From Lama glama (lineage: Eukaryota): a DNA stretch of 64,000 nt. The notes beneath the pieces are model-generated. The model saw only the letters and a list, made by a program, of their open reading frames with translations. It had not been told where the DNA came from and ran no database searches. Shown here piece after piece: positions 1 to 42,500 of the stretch. A program made the translations under genes and the position numbers. The DNA lies in contig CM052817.1 in the NCBI GenBank assembly GCA_028534125.1, forward strand, positions 107,572,001 to 107,636,000, given 5' to 3'. Every line of letters starts with the position of its first letter. The first letter of the stretch is position 1.

Positions 1-559
1 CACTGCTCTGTTTACTTGCCTTAATCCTCAAGGAGGCTGGACCAGGCTTTCGCTGTGGGGCAGGTGCCACTGCACACACGCTTACCTGCCCTCTGACTGT
101 AGCCGTTCCTTTGTCGAGGTCTCATGGCTTTGGGTAGTGCGAGGAGAGGTCTGGTGGGGCCACTAATGTAACAGTCAGCCACAGACAGTACAGTAGGTGA
201 CGGTTTTGGATCAAGGTTAAATTTTACCAATACGTTAACCATATTGTTGTGAAGCACAACATTCTAGCCTTAAGCAAAAAAGGCTGAAGTAGTTAAAGAT
301 AGTGTGACATGATTTGTGTCATGATGAGTGGAATGTACTTTCGGATACTCTGGGGAGAGAGGGAAGGAGGGAAGGAGGGAAGTGGGAGGGAGGAGGGGGA
401 GGAGGAAGGAGGGAGGGAGAGGAAGCCAAGGGACCAAAATGGCAGCAAGTGTTGGATGAGGGGGACGTAAGCGTCTATGTTACTATTTGTTCAAATTTTC
501 AAACCTGGGTTTGTTGTCCAGATGCTCAGCAGGTTTGAAATTTTGCAAAACAAAACTTG

Positions 560-1308
560 GTAGAGTCCGTGAGCGCCCCTGGTAAGCTTGTGAAGAGCCA
601 ATCTGCCCCTCCTCCGCCTTTGAGATCCTGGATCCTGTAGGTCTGGGATCAGCCTGTGTAACAAGGACTGAACTGACTCTACTAGTCCATGGTCCACATT
701 TTTTGAAACATTAAGTTGCTGGAGAGTAGTTCTTGTTGCAGAGAGAATTCAGAGACAAGACATGGAGGTAAGAAAGTAAAGTGAAGGTTTATTAAGAGAT
801 AGGATGCTCTCAAGGGGAACGCAGGTGGACTGAGGTGCGTAGCTGCCCTGAGTTTCTTTAACAAGCTGGTTACATAGAGTGTAAAAATGAATGGGCAGAA
901 TACTCATTAGGGAGGGAGGGGTTTGGGCTCACATTCCATGATGTTCAACCCAACTCCACCTTCCCAAGGGGACGAGGGATTTTTGTCCTTATTTAGTCTG
1001 GATCAGATGTGTCATGGCCTCAGTGCATGATGGGCACTTCTAATCTGCAAGGCTAATTTTACAGTAATGAGGGCATAATAAGCAAAAGGCTACATTCGGA
1101 CACTGGAGATTCCTGCCTTTTCCCACCTTTCTTTGTCAGCCTCCAGGACACTTGTCACCCCAAAGTAATTGGTATCTTATCAGCCCAGAGGTTCCTGCTT
1201 TCCTCTGTCTACCCAGGGACCCCCATTATTTACAAGATTGCAGTTTCCTGCCGTTTGGCCCATGCCCCTCTTTTTCTGTTCACATCTAGCTAGCTGCCTT
1301 TTCAAACA
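560..1308 (-). mobile_element. ERV-type solo LTR (boundaries approximate)
   Basis: Minus-strand AATAAA at 788-793 in an agtaaagtgaaggtttattaag context typical of an LTR R region; no TSD resolved. Confidence 0.6.
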
Positions 1309-2581
1309 GTAACCATCACCAAAACAACATAAAAAATAAACTGGGAAAAATGTTCATCAAAAATTATAACACAGACAAAGGAACTAATTCCTTTGCTACA
1401 CAAAGAATCCTCCAAATTACAATTTTAAGTCTCGAACCATCCTAGAAAACATTGTCAGCAGGAGCAAGAAGAAAGGTCACAGGGAAGGAATACCAATTGC
1501 TGGCACACAGGGAGACAACTGATCAGCTCTGCCCACGTGTTAATGAGCACTCAGACACGCTTAGACACTAGTGCCATTTTAACCACATTGCATCTGGAAA
1601 GGATTAAGAATCAGATAAAAATCATTTTGGCAAGTATGTGGAGAACCTCAGCAGGGTTAAAATTCAGTTATAACTTTTTGCAGAGCGTTATGGAAATACT
1701 TATCAAACTTGTAAGTGTGTATCTGTCTCATGATTCAATTATTCTACTGGGACTATGCCTTGTACACATACACACATAAGCGCCTAAAACATATATGCAA
1801 AGGTACTAATGTTGGCATTGTATTTATCTTTTTGTAACAAACACAGGAAATACTCTCTAAGACCCTGCGTTCGCGTGTGTGAGAAGGCTAGAAATTGAGA
1901 AACTGGGCGAGAGAATGAAAGAATGAATTAAGGTGCTATTTAGTTTTTAGTTTCATATTTTTGTTTTTTAATTGGTTTCCAAGAAACTTGTTTTTTTGAT
2001 AAGTAAGCAAACCCACTTAAACAGAATCTGCATTCATTCTGGAGAGAATTTAGATGGACCGTAGGTTACCTTAAAGGAAGAACCAGAATCTTGTTGTAGA
2101 AATGACTTTCTCTTATTGTAGTTTTAAACTCCAGCCAATATGAATAGCAATTTATGTTGATGTGTTTCTTTCTCTTGGACAAGTAAACTGCATCAGAACG
2201 GACCATTTTGGTCCTGCTGGATTTTCTCAAAAGTTGGCTTGAGTGAACAGTAAGTCAAAGAGCTGGGACTCAAGAACCCAGAATATCACACCGCACCTGA
2301 GGATAATCCCACTTTATCCCTTTGATTCTTGACCTTGAAACCTCTTTTCAGGAGGAGAAATCAGTCCCACAAAGCCTCGAAATTAAGCCGCGATCATGCA
2401 TTTAGAATTTTTGCAACAGTCATGCAAGAGAAACTCACATCTGCCTAACATGGTGCAGCAACTAGGGACAGCCTGGTTTCTGCGCAAACTCTCTCCTTTA
2501 TAAAAGTGTCCAATACCAAGTCACCTTCCGACCCCCGTGCCCCTAAGAAAATGCACAAAAATCTACTGGAATACACTGGAG

Positions 2582-2605
2582 ATATATATATATATATATA
2601 TATAT
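2582..2605. repeat. (AT)n microsatellite
   Basis: Seen directly. Confidence 0.95.
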
Positions 2606-3489
2606 CTCCTTGCCACATATTTAAGAGCTTTGCCATATTTCCATGTTAAAGTTGCTGGTTCTATTACTAAGACCACCCCTATTGGTGATTTTGAACTTCA
2701 GACCTGAGGTCCTCAGTAGGGAGCACCCCAAGATGACGTAGGTGAAGAGACAGGATTCTCCAGAACTTTGGTCATTCATTTACAAATGAAGGGAAATTAA
2801 GAAGATTCTAGAGAGCATCTCAGTTTACGATTTGTGCATATCAGACACGTCCAACTTTCCCCTCTCCATGGAATGTGTTTCTCGGTAATTTTCCACAAGG
2901 CATCTCGGAGCTGAAGCAGACAGCAGGCTCATTTGCCAACCCCCTTTACGTCAGATGTTCACCTTAGTCAAACATCGTTTCATACCCAGGAAATGGGAAC
3001 TGAGGACACACCTTCCCAAGCTAGTCTACCCGTGATGGAAAAACCCTTAAGAATCCATATTTAGCATCCACCCAAATGCAGCAGATGATTACTTAATAGC
3101 CTATTGGGAAAACATTTCTGCCTCTTGGTTGCAAAAAGTTCTTCAAAAATAGCAGGGCAAGTAGTCCCAGGTCTCTGTGACCTAAAATGTCTAACAAAGC
3201 TGAAGAATTATTAGAGCATCTTAGAGCAACCTGAGGCCATTCAGCCTGATGATTTAGTAATGATGTCTCTGCCATTGGTCAGAGAATTATGAGGCTAGGA
3301 TTTATGCACCAGCGCTCACCCGTGTTGGCAGCCCTGGCCTGTGAGAAGTCATCTGCGTCCTGAGCATCCCAAGGCAACGCACACTTCTGTTTGAATAACT
3401 CTAGAAATAGGTTTATTTTGTGATGTGTTTAACTTCCAGAAAACAAAATGATATAGTGCAAATAATAAAGTTAAAAAGTATGAAAACCT

Positions 3490-4175
3490 GAGGACAGTAT
3501 GGAGGTTCCTTAAAAAACTAAAAATAAAGTTACCGTAAGATCCAGCAATCCCACTCCTGAGCATATATCTGGAGGAAACTCTAATTTGAAAAGATACAGG
3601 CACCCCAATGTTCACAGCAGCACTATTTACAATAGCCAAGACATGGAAACAACCCAAATGTCCATCGACAGATGACTGAATAAAGAAGCTGTGGTATATT
3701 TATATGACGGAATACTACTCAGCCATAAAAAAGAATGAAATAATGCCTTTTGCAAGAATATGGATGGACCTAGAGATGATCATACTGAGTGAAGTAAGTC
3801 AGGTAGAGAAAGACAAGTATTGTATGATACCACTTATATGTGGAATCTAAAAAAAAGGATACAAATTTTATTTCCAAACCAAAAATAGACTCACAGACAT
3901 AGGAAACAAACTATGATTACTAAGAGGGAAAGCATGAGGGAAGGATAAATTAAGAGTTGAGGTTAATAGATACAACTATATATAAAATAGGTATACAACA
4001 AATTTCTACTGTACAGCGCAGGGAAGCATATACAATTTCTTATTATAACCTATAATGGAACAGAATCTGAAAATAAAATGTATGCTATGTATAACTGAAT
4101 CGCTTTGCTGTCCACCTCAAGCTAACATTGTAAATCAACTAACATTTAATAAGAAATAAAATTTTAAAAAGATCT
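3490..4175 (+). mobile_element. 5'-truncated L1 (ORF2 end + 3'UTR)
   Basis: acagtatggaggttccttaaaaaactaaaaata...gatccagcaatcccactcctg...ggaatactactcagccataaaaaagaatgaaataatgcc; A-rich end. Confidence 0.9.
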
Positions 4176-7100
4176 AAAAACCTAAAGACTGAAAAAGCAC
4201 GTCACACTGAGGATTCAACTGACACCTATAAGATATAAAATAGATGGTAGTTTTTTTCTTAGCTCAGGTTTTAAAAATCCATTCATGACAAAATATAGTC
4301 GTTTCCCAAGACAGGTACAGGGCAGGGGTAGGGGGAAGGGAGGAGAGAGGAAGCCCAAAGGTAAAAAAAAAAAAAGTTTAAATTTTTTTAACCTGAAGAC
4401 TATCACAACTAAACTTACAGTTCCCTCTGGTGGTCAAAGATGAAAATGAATTTATAGGGATGAATTAAATGCATGATTATTTAACATACAACAAGAAAAC
4501 TAAAGGTAAGGCCACCAGATGCCACCCTTTGTATAAATATTCCATTTTAACTAACTCACCTGACCACATTTGCCCTAATTATGAAGGTTGAATGACTCCT
4601 TTTTTGGCGAGCTCCCAATTCTTCTACACTTTTAAACCACAACGCAAGAGTTGTTAAGTAGTAAACTGTTATTGGCTGACACTACTTACATACTAGGGAT
4701 TTAGGTGATCATCTATGTTGCAAATTATGCAGGAATGATAAGAAAAGATATTTTCCTTGATTTGTTAGACTACTTCATCTTAAAAAAGTAGACCATGAAT
4801 TGCTTAATGCCTTAACTAATTTTACCATGCATATTTTATCATGCACATTAACATGAGTATTTTGGTAACCCAGACACACACTATTATCATAGAATATCAG
4901 ATCATAGACTCTTAACCCAGCAACAAAACCTAGCGTTCTTAGGAGGTTACAGTGTGTAAACCTTAGACACATCTTATAGTGTTGATCCTTAAGGAAAAAA
5001 AAAAGGTGTGTATAATTCATTACAGCTTTAAGAAAGATAATGAATTCCAAGATTCCATGAAATATTAATTTTTCTGCCTAAAGAAAATTAAAGTTTGCAT
5101 GTTTTTCTTGAGTGAATGTTAACATCTTCTTGAATAATTTTATATGGGAGTCAACAGAATTGCTTTTAATTAATGCACTCCTTGAGCCTCAAAGGTAAAA
5201 AAACCAAAAATATATACATAATTTTACTTGAGCCCTCTTTATATTCTAATCATAATACACCGCTTCAACTAAGGAGAACATGACAGAAGTTATATTTTAC
5301 TTTTGTTCTTTCTAATACTTACAGAGGATTTAAGATGGCTTCCTGTTAGACTTTGTACATTTTATCTATTGTATTAACTGGATATGAGCTTTAATTAAAA
5401 GACAGTGACACAGAGAAATAATAAATTGTCTTGAATTTTAGTGTCTCAATTTTTTCTCGAATAATCTTCTTTCAGTATGAATCCTAAACATGGGATAAGA
5501 TTTTTAGCACCAAATGAAGCCTTTCGGATTTAGCCTATTTTCATCCATTCACTAAATATTTATGGTGCAGCTATATTTTATAAAAATGTTGTGTTGGCTC
5601 CCCAGATCAGTGAGGAGAAACTACGAAGATAAATCAGAAATATATCTTGAGGTTAAGATGCTTGCAGTGTTGAGGAGAGATAAGGGTTTAAAGGAGGTGG
5701 AACTGTAAAGTGGAAATGAAGAAATGCTCCGTGTGTAAGAGATCTTTGAGATGTGAGTGTCAAAGAAACGACACCCAGCTGGGTATTTAAGCTGAAATGC
5801 AAGCACCTTTTGAGGAATTAGTCAGGCGATGAACTAGAAAGAGGAGCACATATTTAAAAAAAATTTTTAATAGTAAGTACATGCAAATCCGGAAGAAAAA
5901 AAAATTCGCATTTTACCAGATCAAAGGAAACAAAATTTCAACTTATTGAAGATAAAACCACTGCTGAAAAACATTAAAATGAGTAATAAAAGAAAGGCCA
6001 ATGACATGAATGACGTGCTATTTTTAGTCTACTGCATATGAAGTTTTAAAAGATGCTTTAAACTTTTGATTGGGGAAAATTTCAAACACACACAAATAGC
6101 AAATAATTATGTGGAAAACCCCCGGGGACGGACCCATCAACCACCGTCCACAGTCATCAGTGAGCATCCAACTCTGTCCATTAAAAGCCCCACTCGCTTT
6201 ACTCCCCCGTTTTATCTGTAACAATCGTAGACATCACTTGAAATTAAGTTTTTAAATTCTATTTAAATTATTCATAAGTGGTTCAGTCTGAATTCCTAAA
6301 AAAAAAAAAAGACTGTTGTTTGTAAAGACAACAAAAATATCATTATCAAATCTAAACACACTTGAAGATAACTTCTTGTTTAGCGAGTCTTCAAATTTCC
6401 AGTTGTTTTGTTGTTGAAGTAGGGATCGAAGTAAGGTGCACCTCCCGCCTAGGTCCGCAGGTCTCTGAAGTTGTTTTAAATCTGTTGCACCTCCTTTCTC
6501 TGTATGTGCAGCTACAGACACACACAAATGCGTACCTACAAGCAGCTAAATATACAATACGCCCCTGTACAGGCAGATACCCACGGACACGCCCACAGCA
6601 GTTAAAGGAACCAGGTCATCTTTGGTCCTGCGGATTTCCCCTCGCTTGGTATTTTGCAGATTTATTCCTGTGATGTCTGTTGGCATGTTCCTCTTTCCCC
6701 ATCTTGTTTATGCTGATAATTAGAGGGTGTTAGCAAGGAGAATCCGGGGTTGAGGCCTGGGTCCGGGCGCTTGGGGAGGGTTTAAGGAAGTGTGGTGTGC
6801 TCTGGGTCGGACGCTGTCAGGAAGCGGGCGCAATTCCACGCCTGGAGAGGGGCCAAAGCAGCCGCAGCCACTCGTCTCGGCCACGAGACGTGCTTGGTGG
6901 CTGGGACTGTGTTTCTGTTTTATCCACGTTCAGACACGACTGCGGTTTTCCTCTCGATCCATCCTGGCCCCGGACGCCGGCGCGGGACGCTGTGTTGTGT
7001 GAGATTGCTTCTGTTCCGCAGAGCGCCAGGGCCCCGCCGAGAGCCCCAGCCCAGCGCCTGGGTAGCAGGGCCGCCTTCCCCACGTCGACTCCCTGCGACC

Positions 7101-7312
7101 CCGCAGGGTGTGCCCAAGAGGAGTGACTGCATTTATCCACAGAAGGTCTTGTAAGGGAATGTTCACTGTAGCTGAAGACTGGAAAGAACCCCATGTCCAT
7201 GAACAGGAGTGCAAATAAACCCATCGTGTTATATCCGTAATATGCAACGTGCTACTTACCGCTCATTAATATAAAGGAAGACTGCTGATATAGATAGTAA
7301 AGTACTTGAGTC

Positions 7313-7631
7313 TCAAACACATTATGAAACAGGTCACTTTTAAAAAAAAAATTATTTCAAGATACTTTTTTTTTTCAGATTCTATACTTCATTGTTTTAC
7401 ATAGTTTAGGGTTCACTCTTGGTGGTGTACATTCTTTGGGTTTTGACAAACATAGAATGACACATGTCAAGATACTTTATTTTTTTAAAGGTCATTTAAA
7501 AATTATTTTATGATACTTTATTTTTTAAAAAACAAGTCATTTAAAAATTATTTCAAGATACTTTTTTTAAAAACAAGTCATTTTTTTTAATCTTGAAATA
7601 TTTTTAAAAAATGATCTGTTTCAAACACATT
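7313..7631. repeat. AT-rich ~40-bp tandem repeat with an inverted terminal copy
   Basis: Units (caa/cag)gtcatttaaaaattatttcaagatactttt repeated 3-4 times; 7590-7623 is the reverse complement of 7325-7363. Confidence 0.75.
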
Positions 7632-8649
7632 TTGTAGGGAAAAAAATCAAATATTGGGGAAACATATTGTATGATTTCATTATATGTATTTTAAGGACAG
7701 GCAAATTTACATAATAAAGAAAAGTGACTTAGACTAGTGTGTGGGCAGAGGGGGTGGGTGGTGGGTCGTGGTGGGGTAGGAGGTGCAGGGCTGGGGAACT
7801 GACTGCAAAGAGTGAGGAGGGGAATTTCTTGGATGTTGGAAGCAATGCTTTATAACTTGATCTGTGTGATGGTGGCGCCAATGTATTTATAAAAATTGAT
7901 CCAAGTCTGCATTTATTGTATGTAAACTGTGCCTCAATAAAGGAAACGTAATATTCAATTAAAACTGTCTATTTGGGGAGCCATTATTGCCGTCTCTCCA
8001 GCAGCCCTCTAACCTCCCCTTACTGTGTAGCTGTTAAGAACTCTGGGAGGCAACGACCCCACATGCAACGAGCTCTGGACGTAAGCCAGCTCTGAACCTA
8101 AGAAGACCTCAGCCGATCTTCCTTATTTCAGCCATTCTGGGAGGGTCTAATCAAAGTGGTTATAGGAAGCACGCTTCTGTGTCCCAGATGTGACTGTAGG
8201 GTATCCTTGGTTGCTTCTAAGGGAAGCCAGCCTGACTCTGCCTCCTGATGTCTGGAGAGAGAGCACTTTGATTGGATGGCACTGGGTCACTACTTCAGTG
8301 GCCTCTGAGGGCAGGAAGATACAGGATGAAGACAGCCCTGTGCAAAAGCAGCTCTTGTAGAACAGGATGATCTCTGAGGACAGTGGGCTCTCCACTGGAT
8401 TGACAGGTTTGTAATCAATGGCTTCATGCCCCCCTCCCACCAAAATAGGGACCGTAGGACTAAGCTCTGCCATACTTGGAAGGAATACTGTGCAAGTATG
8501 TTGACGGTCATGAAAATATGTCCACAATATATGGAAAGAAAAAAATTGTGCATACAAATTGGCAATTGCAACTCAGGGACAATTAAATGCCATTAATACA
8601 AAAAGGTAAAATATATTTAAACCAGAAAAATAGCTTTGTATTATGTTAA

Positions 8650-8655
8650 TTTATT
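8650..8655 (-). terminator. Candidate TMEM144 polyadenylation signal (AATAAA)
   Basis: tttatt on plus at 8650-8655 (a second at 8731-8736), about 1.5 kb past the stop, followed by U-rich sequence on the minus strand. Confidence 0.4.
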
Positions 8656-8879
8656 CAAAATGATCAACATAGTTAATGACATTCCAGGTCCAAATTCAAA
8701 TGAATTTTTGTGAGATGTTACAATCCAAGATTTATTTATATTAGCAGCTCAACAATTAAAGAGACCCCAGTATCATTTTTAAATTGCACTCAGAGAGGAA
8801 TAATAAGTGGTTGTTTGGCTGAGGTGGTGGTGAGGGCAGGAGCGTTGCCAAATTCCAGACACTCATGAAAATGCAGATT

Positions 8880-9040
8880 TCCATTAATTTGAACCTCACA
8901 GTAATCACATGAGATGCATGTTACCATTATCCCCAGTTTAGAGATGAGGAATCAGATGTGGGGATTGGGGGAGCACAGGACCTCATCTGAAGTCACACAG
9001 TTAAAATGAAGAAGAAGTGAGATTTAAACCCACACAGATC
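8880..9040. mobile_element. MIR (in the probable 3'UTR)
   Basis: cattatccccagtttagagatgaggaatcag..gtcacacag..gagatttaaaccc. Confidence 0.6.
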
Positions 9041-10145
9041 AGCTAGAGGACCCACACACATTCTCCCTCCCAACAGCAGAGTAACGTGCGATCTGGTGGC
9101 AGTGGGTGAAATTTACACAGCACTATCCTCTTTTTTTTTCTATTATTTTGAGAGTTGGGGAACCATCGTGACATTGTACTAGCATAGTTCCATTTCAGCT
9201 TGCTTAAAGAAAACTATCATTTTCTGTGACTTTCTTTTGTCCAGTGGAAACCACCAGTTAAAACAGGAAAAACAAAACAAAACAAAACCTTTGAACCCAC
9301 GTTCAAAGAGGAATTTTAGAAATACATATTTCAGCAAAATAAAGTGTACATCTAAGAGTGTGCTGGTCCCCTAAAATTCTCACTCTGATAAACTAGACCC
9401 TGACTTTAGCAAATCTAGAATTTTCCGCCAATTTGGAATAGTACATACATATGTGTGCGTGTGTTCACAAGTGTGTACTTGTGTGTGTGTGTATATGTAT
9501 TGTACACATATTCTCAAGGGTGGGAATGGATTTTATCTAGAAACTATCACCAGCACTTGGAGCTAAGTAGGGTGGAAGCCAGCAAAATGGGCAACATTAA
9601 TTTGGAGTAAAAATAAGTCTGGGCTAAAAATAATGAAATGGCCTTTTTAACACTCAGTGGTCAACTCTGACGTTTACTTTCTCTAGCAAAGGATCCAATA
9701 TCTCTGGATTTGAATTCCATCATCATAACATATCTCCTCCCCACTCCTCCCCCCACAGTTTTTGGCGTCTCTCTTCATTAACGAGGGTGCTATGTTGCAA
9801 ATCTGGGCGTGCACGCAGTTCTTTGCACGTGAACTCCACACCATTTTCTACATTACACGACACGAAATGCAGACTGTGGTAAAGGCAGTGCCATCAGATG
9901 GAACGCTGTCCTCCCTCATAAGCGGTTCTTTAGAAGAATTTTTCATTTGTATACTCGCCCGAAACTCGATTTTCCTTCCTTCTCACATCTGTGGAAAAAA
10001 AAAAAATCATCGCCTTCCCTAACCCAAGACTGGTTGAGAGCCACTTGCTGGATGAAAACGACTCTATTCTCCGCATCCTCTCGGGGCGTCCCGGAGAGGC
10101 GGTCTCCCAGGTCCCGCTGCCACCTGCTGGTCCATCCAGCGGCGC

Positions 10146-38869
<28,724 letters not shown>

Positions 38870-39569
38870 TCACCTGAGACTTGGTGTGCTCTTCAAGAGC
38901 CTCTGAAATGAAAGAAATAAAAATGAAACAATTAAGAAGTGGTGAGTCCATGAATAAGCTGTGATCCAGACATGAACTTTACTGAGCGCCTCAAAAGTAC
39001 ATTAAGAGTCCTTCTTCCAGACAAAAAGCTAGGACATTATAAAATGATGTATGATGCTCACAATCACATTCATTAATTCATTCATTTTCTCATGTATTTT
39101 CTCAACAAATATTTCTTGATCACTAACCTACAAAGCGAACAAAAACCAAACAAATTTGTCTTCAGAGTTTGAAAACCTAACTTCTTCTAAGACCTGGATA
39201 CAACTTTTATGTTATTATAAAGAAATTCTCTTGCATACAGGGACTGGTAGAATGATGATTGTGGACCAGGATTCTGTTCACTTCAACTGGTGGTTGTGAC
39301 AATCAAAGGAGAGAGCACATGTGCAGACATGACAACTATCAGTGCCTTCCAAGCAAAAATCTCGAATATTTGAAACATGAGTGTAACGACACTTTTAGCT
39401 ATGTACTCACAGTCCCCTAGAGGTAAAGGCACTTTTCTTGATCAGTGGTACACACCCTTCAGTGTGTAGTTTAAATGGTTCATGAGCTCTCTATCTTTAT
39501 GACTTAAAAAAACCCCACAAAAACAGAAGAATCTCCTGAAGAACTTTTCAACAATCTCCTAAGCCTCTT

Positions 39570-42500
39570 GAAGGTGACTAAGATGGTGGAGTAGGAAGAC
39601 CCTAAGCTCACCATGTGCACCAAAATTATGACTGTTTACAGAGCACGTATGAATGACCTGAAGACTAGCAGAAAAGATCTTCTACAGCTGAAGATATAAA
39701 GAAGGAATCACTAGGGGTTGGGTAGGAGGGGCAGAAACATGGTAGAGTCAAGACCTGCACCCTTGGGTAGGCTACCTATAAATGGGAGAATAATCACAAT
39801 TGCAGATTCCCTCAAGGAGTGAGACATTCAAGCCCCATACTGGTCTCCCCAGACGGGGTTCCCTCACGGGGAAGATGAACTCTTAGAACTTCTAGCTTTG
39901 AAGGCCAGTGAGACACGTGTTGGGGAAAACCAGAGGGCTAGAGGAAAGAGAGATTCCACTCTTCCCCAACCCAAGGCAGAGTGGTAATTTGAAAGGAGCC
40001 TGCATCAGACCCACCTGCTGATCTTGGAGAGCCTCCTGGAGAAGCAGGAGGCAACTGAAACTCACCCTGGGGAACAGACATTGGCAACAGACATTTTTAG
40101 GAAATCATTCTGCCAGGAGGACACTGGTGCCAGCAAGCACCATTCTGAAGTCCTCCCACTAGCCTACTGACAATGGGACCCAGCCCCACCCAAAGGCCAG
40201 CTGTCACCAGTCCTCCGGTGCCCCAGGCCAGGGAGTCAGTGCTGCTTTCATACTCACTGTGTGAGGCCAGCATCCCCTTGATATCAAACCAAACACATCA
40301 CACAAAAAGAAAATGACAGGCTAATATCCCCGATGAACATAGATGCAAAGATGCTCAACAAAATATTAGTAAACAGAGTTCAACAATACATGAAAAGGAT
40401 CAGACCTCATGACCAAGTGGGAACTTTCCCAGGGATGCAGGTCTATTTCAATATCTCCAAATCAATGCAATGCATCACATGAGCAAACTGAAGAATAACA
40501 ATCATATGATCACATGAATAAATGCAGAAAAAGCTTTAGACAAAATCCAACATCCATTTATGGTAAAAACTGTCAACAAAGTGGGTATGGGGGAACATAC
40601 CTCAACATAATAAAGGCCACATATGATAAATCCACAGCTAATATCATACTCAACTGTGAAGAGCTGAAAGCATTTCCTGTAAGACCAGGAACAAGACAAG
40701 GATACCCACTCTCACCACTTTTATTCAGTACAGTATTGGATATCCTAGCCATGGCAATGGGAAGGAAAAAAAATTAATGAAAGGAATCCAAATGGACAGG
40801 AAGAGGTGAAACTGTCACTGCTTGCAGACGACATGACACTGTACACAGAAAACCTTAAGAATGCATCAAAAAACAATAGTTTTTTTGAATAAATGAATTC
40901 ATCAAAGTTGCAGGATACACTAATAATGAACTATCAGAGAGAGAAATTAAGAAAACAATCTCATTTACAACAGCATCAAAAAGAATGAAATACCTAGGAA
41001 TACACCCAACCAAGGAGGTAAAAGACCTGTGCTTGAAAAACTGTAAGACACTGATGAAATAAATTGAAGAGAAACAATGGAAAGACATACCATGCTCATG
41101 GATCAAAAGGCTATTGTTAAAAAGACTATACTTCCCAAGGCAATCTAGAGATTAATGCAATTCCTGTCAAAACGCCAGTGGCATGTTGCATAGAACTAGA
41201 GCAAATAATTCCAACATTTATATGGAAACACAAAAGCCTCCGAAGAGCCAAAACAATTTTGAGAAAGAAGAACAAAGCTGGAGTTATCATGCTCCCTGAT
41301 TCCAAATTACAAAGCCACCGTCATCAAAACAGCATGGTACTGGCACAAAAACAGACACATAGATCAAAGGAACAGAATAGAGAGTCCAGAAATAAACCCA
41401 CACACAGATGGTCAATTAATCTATGAGGAAGGAGGCAAGAATCTCCAATGGAGAGAAGAAAGTCTCTTCAATAAATGGTAGTGGGTAAACTGGACAGCTA
41501 CATGTAAAAGAGTCAAACTGGACTGCTTGCTCACACCATGTACCAAAATGAACTCACAATGAATAAAAGATGTAAATGTAAGGCCTAAAACCATAGAACT
41601 CCCACAAGAAAACACTGGCAGTACACTGTCTGACGTTGGCTTTAGCAATTTTTTTTTTTGAATCTGTCTCTCCATGCAAGGGAAACAAAAACAAAATATT
41701 AAAAAAAAAAACAAATGGGACTACATCTAATTAAAAAGCTTTTGCACAGCATTGCAGACCATCAATAAAACTAAAATGCTGCCTACTAAATCAGAGAAGA
41801 TAGTAAAAGGTTAGTATCCACAATATATGAAGAACTCATAAAACTCAATGCCAAAAAAAAAGAAAACCTAATTAAAAACTGAGCAGAGGTCTTGAATAGA
41901 CATTTTTCCAGTGAAGACAGAGATGGCCAACAGGCACACGAGAAGATGCTCAACATCACTAATCATCCGGGAAATGCAAATCAAAACCACAGTGAGATAC
42001 CACCTCACACCTGTCAGAATGGCCGTCATCAGAAAGACAAGCAATAGCAAATGCTGGAGAGGCTGTGGAGGAAAGGGACCCCTCCTATACTGCTGGTGGA
42101 GATGCAGCTTGGTTCAACCACTGTGGAAAACAGTACAGAGGGTCCTTAAAACACTAAAAATAGAACTACCATACCATCCACAAAATCCAATTACTGGTAC
42201 CTTTCTGGAAAAAAAAAAAACAACCAAAACACTGAAACAAAAAAACCCCTAAAATTCAAAAAGATACATGCACACCCATATTCACTGCAGCATTATTTAC
42301 AATAGCCAAGATATGGAAGCATCCTAAGTGCCCAGTGATGGTTTAATGAATAAAAAATATATTATATATATACACACACGTATACACATACACACAATTG
42401 ACTATTACTCGGCCATAAAAATAAGGAAATCTTGCCATTTGTGACAACGTGGATGGACCTAGAAGGTATTAACGCTGAGTGAAATAAGTCATAAGGAGAA

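Noticed and set aside
6790..7247. Cluster of overlapping ORFs
   Set aside because: Caused by GC-rich, stop-poor sequence; no recognisable protein or splice structure.
7325..7623. CRISPR-like array
   Set aside because: Eukaryotic DNA; units are contiguous, degenerate AT-rich repeats without unique spacers or cas genes.
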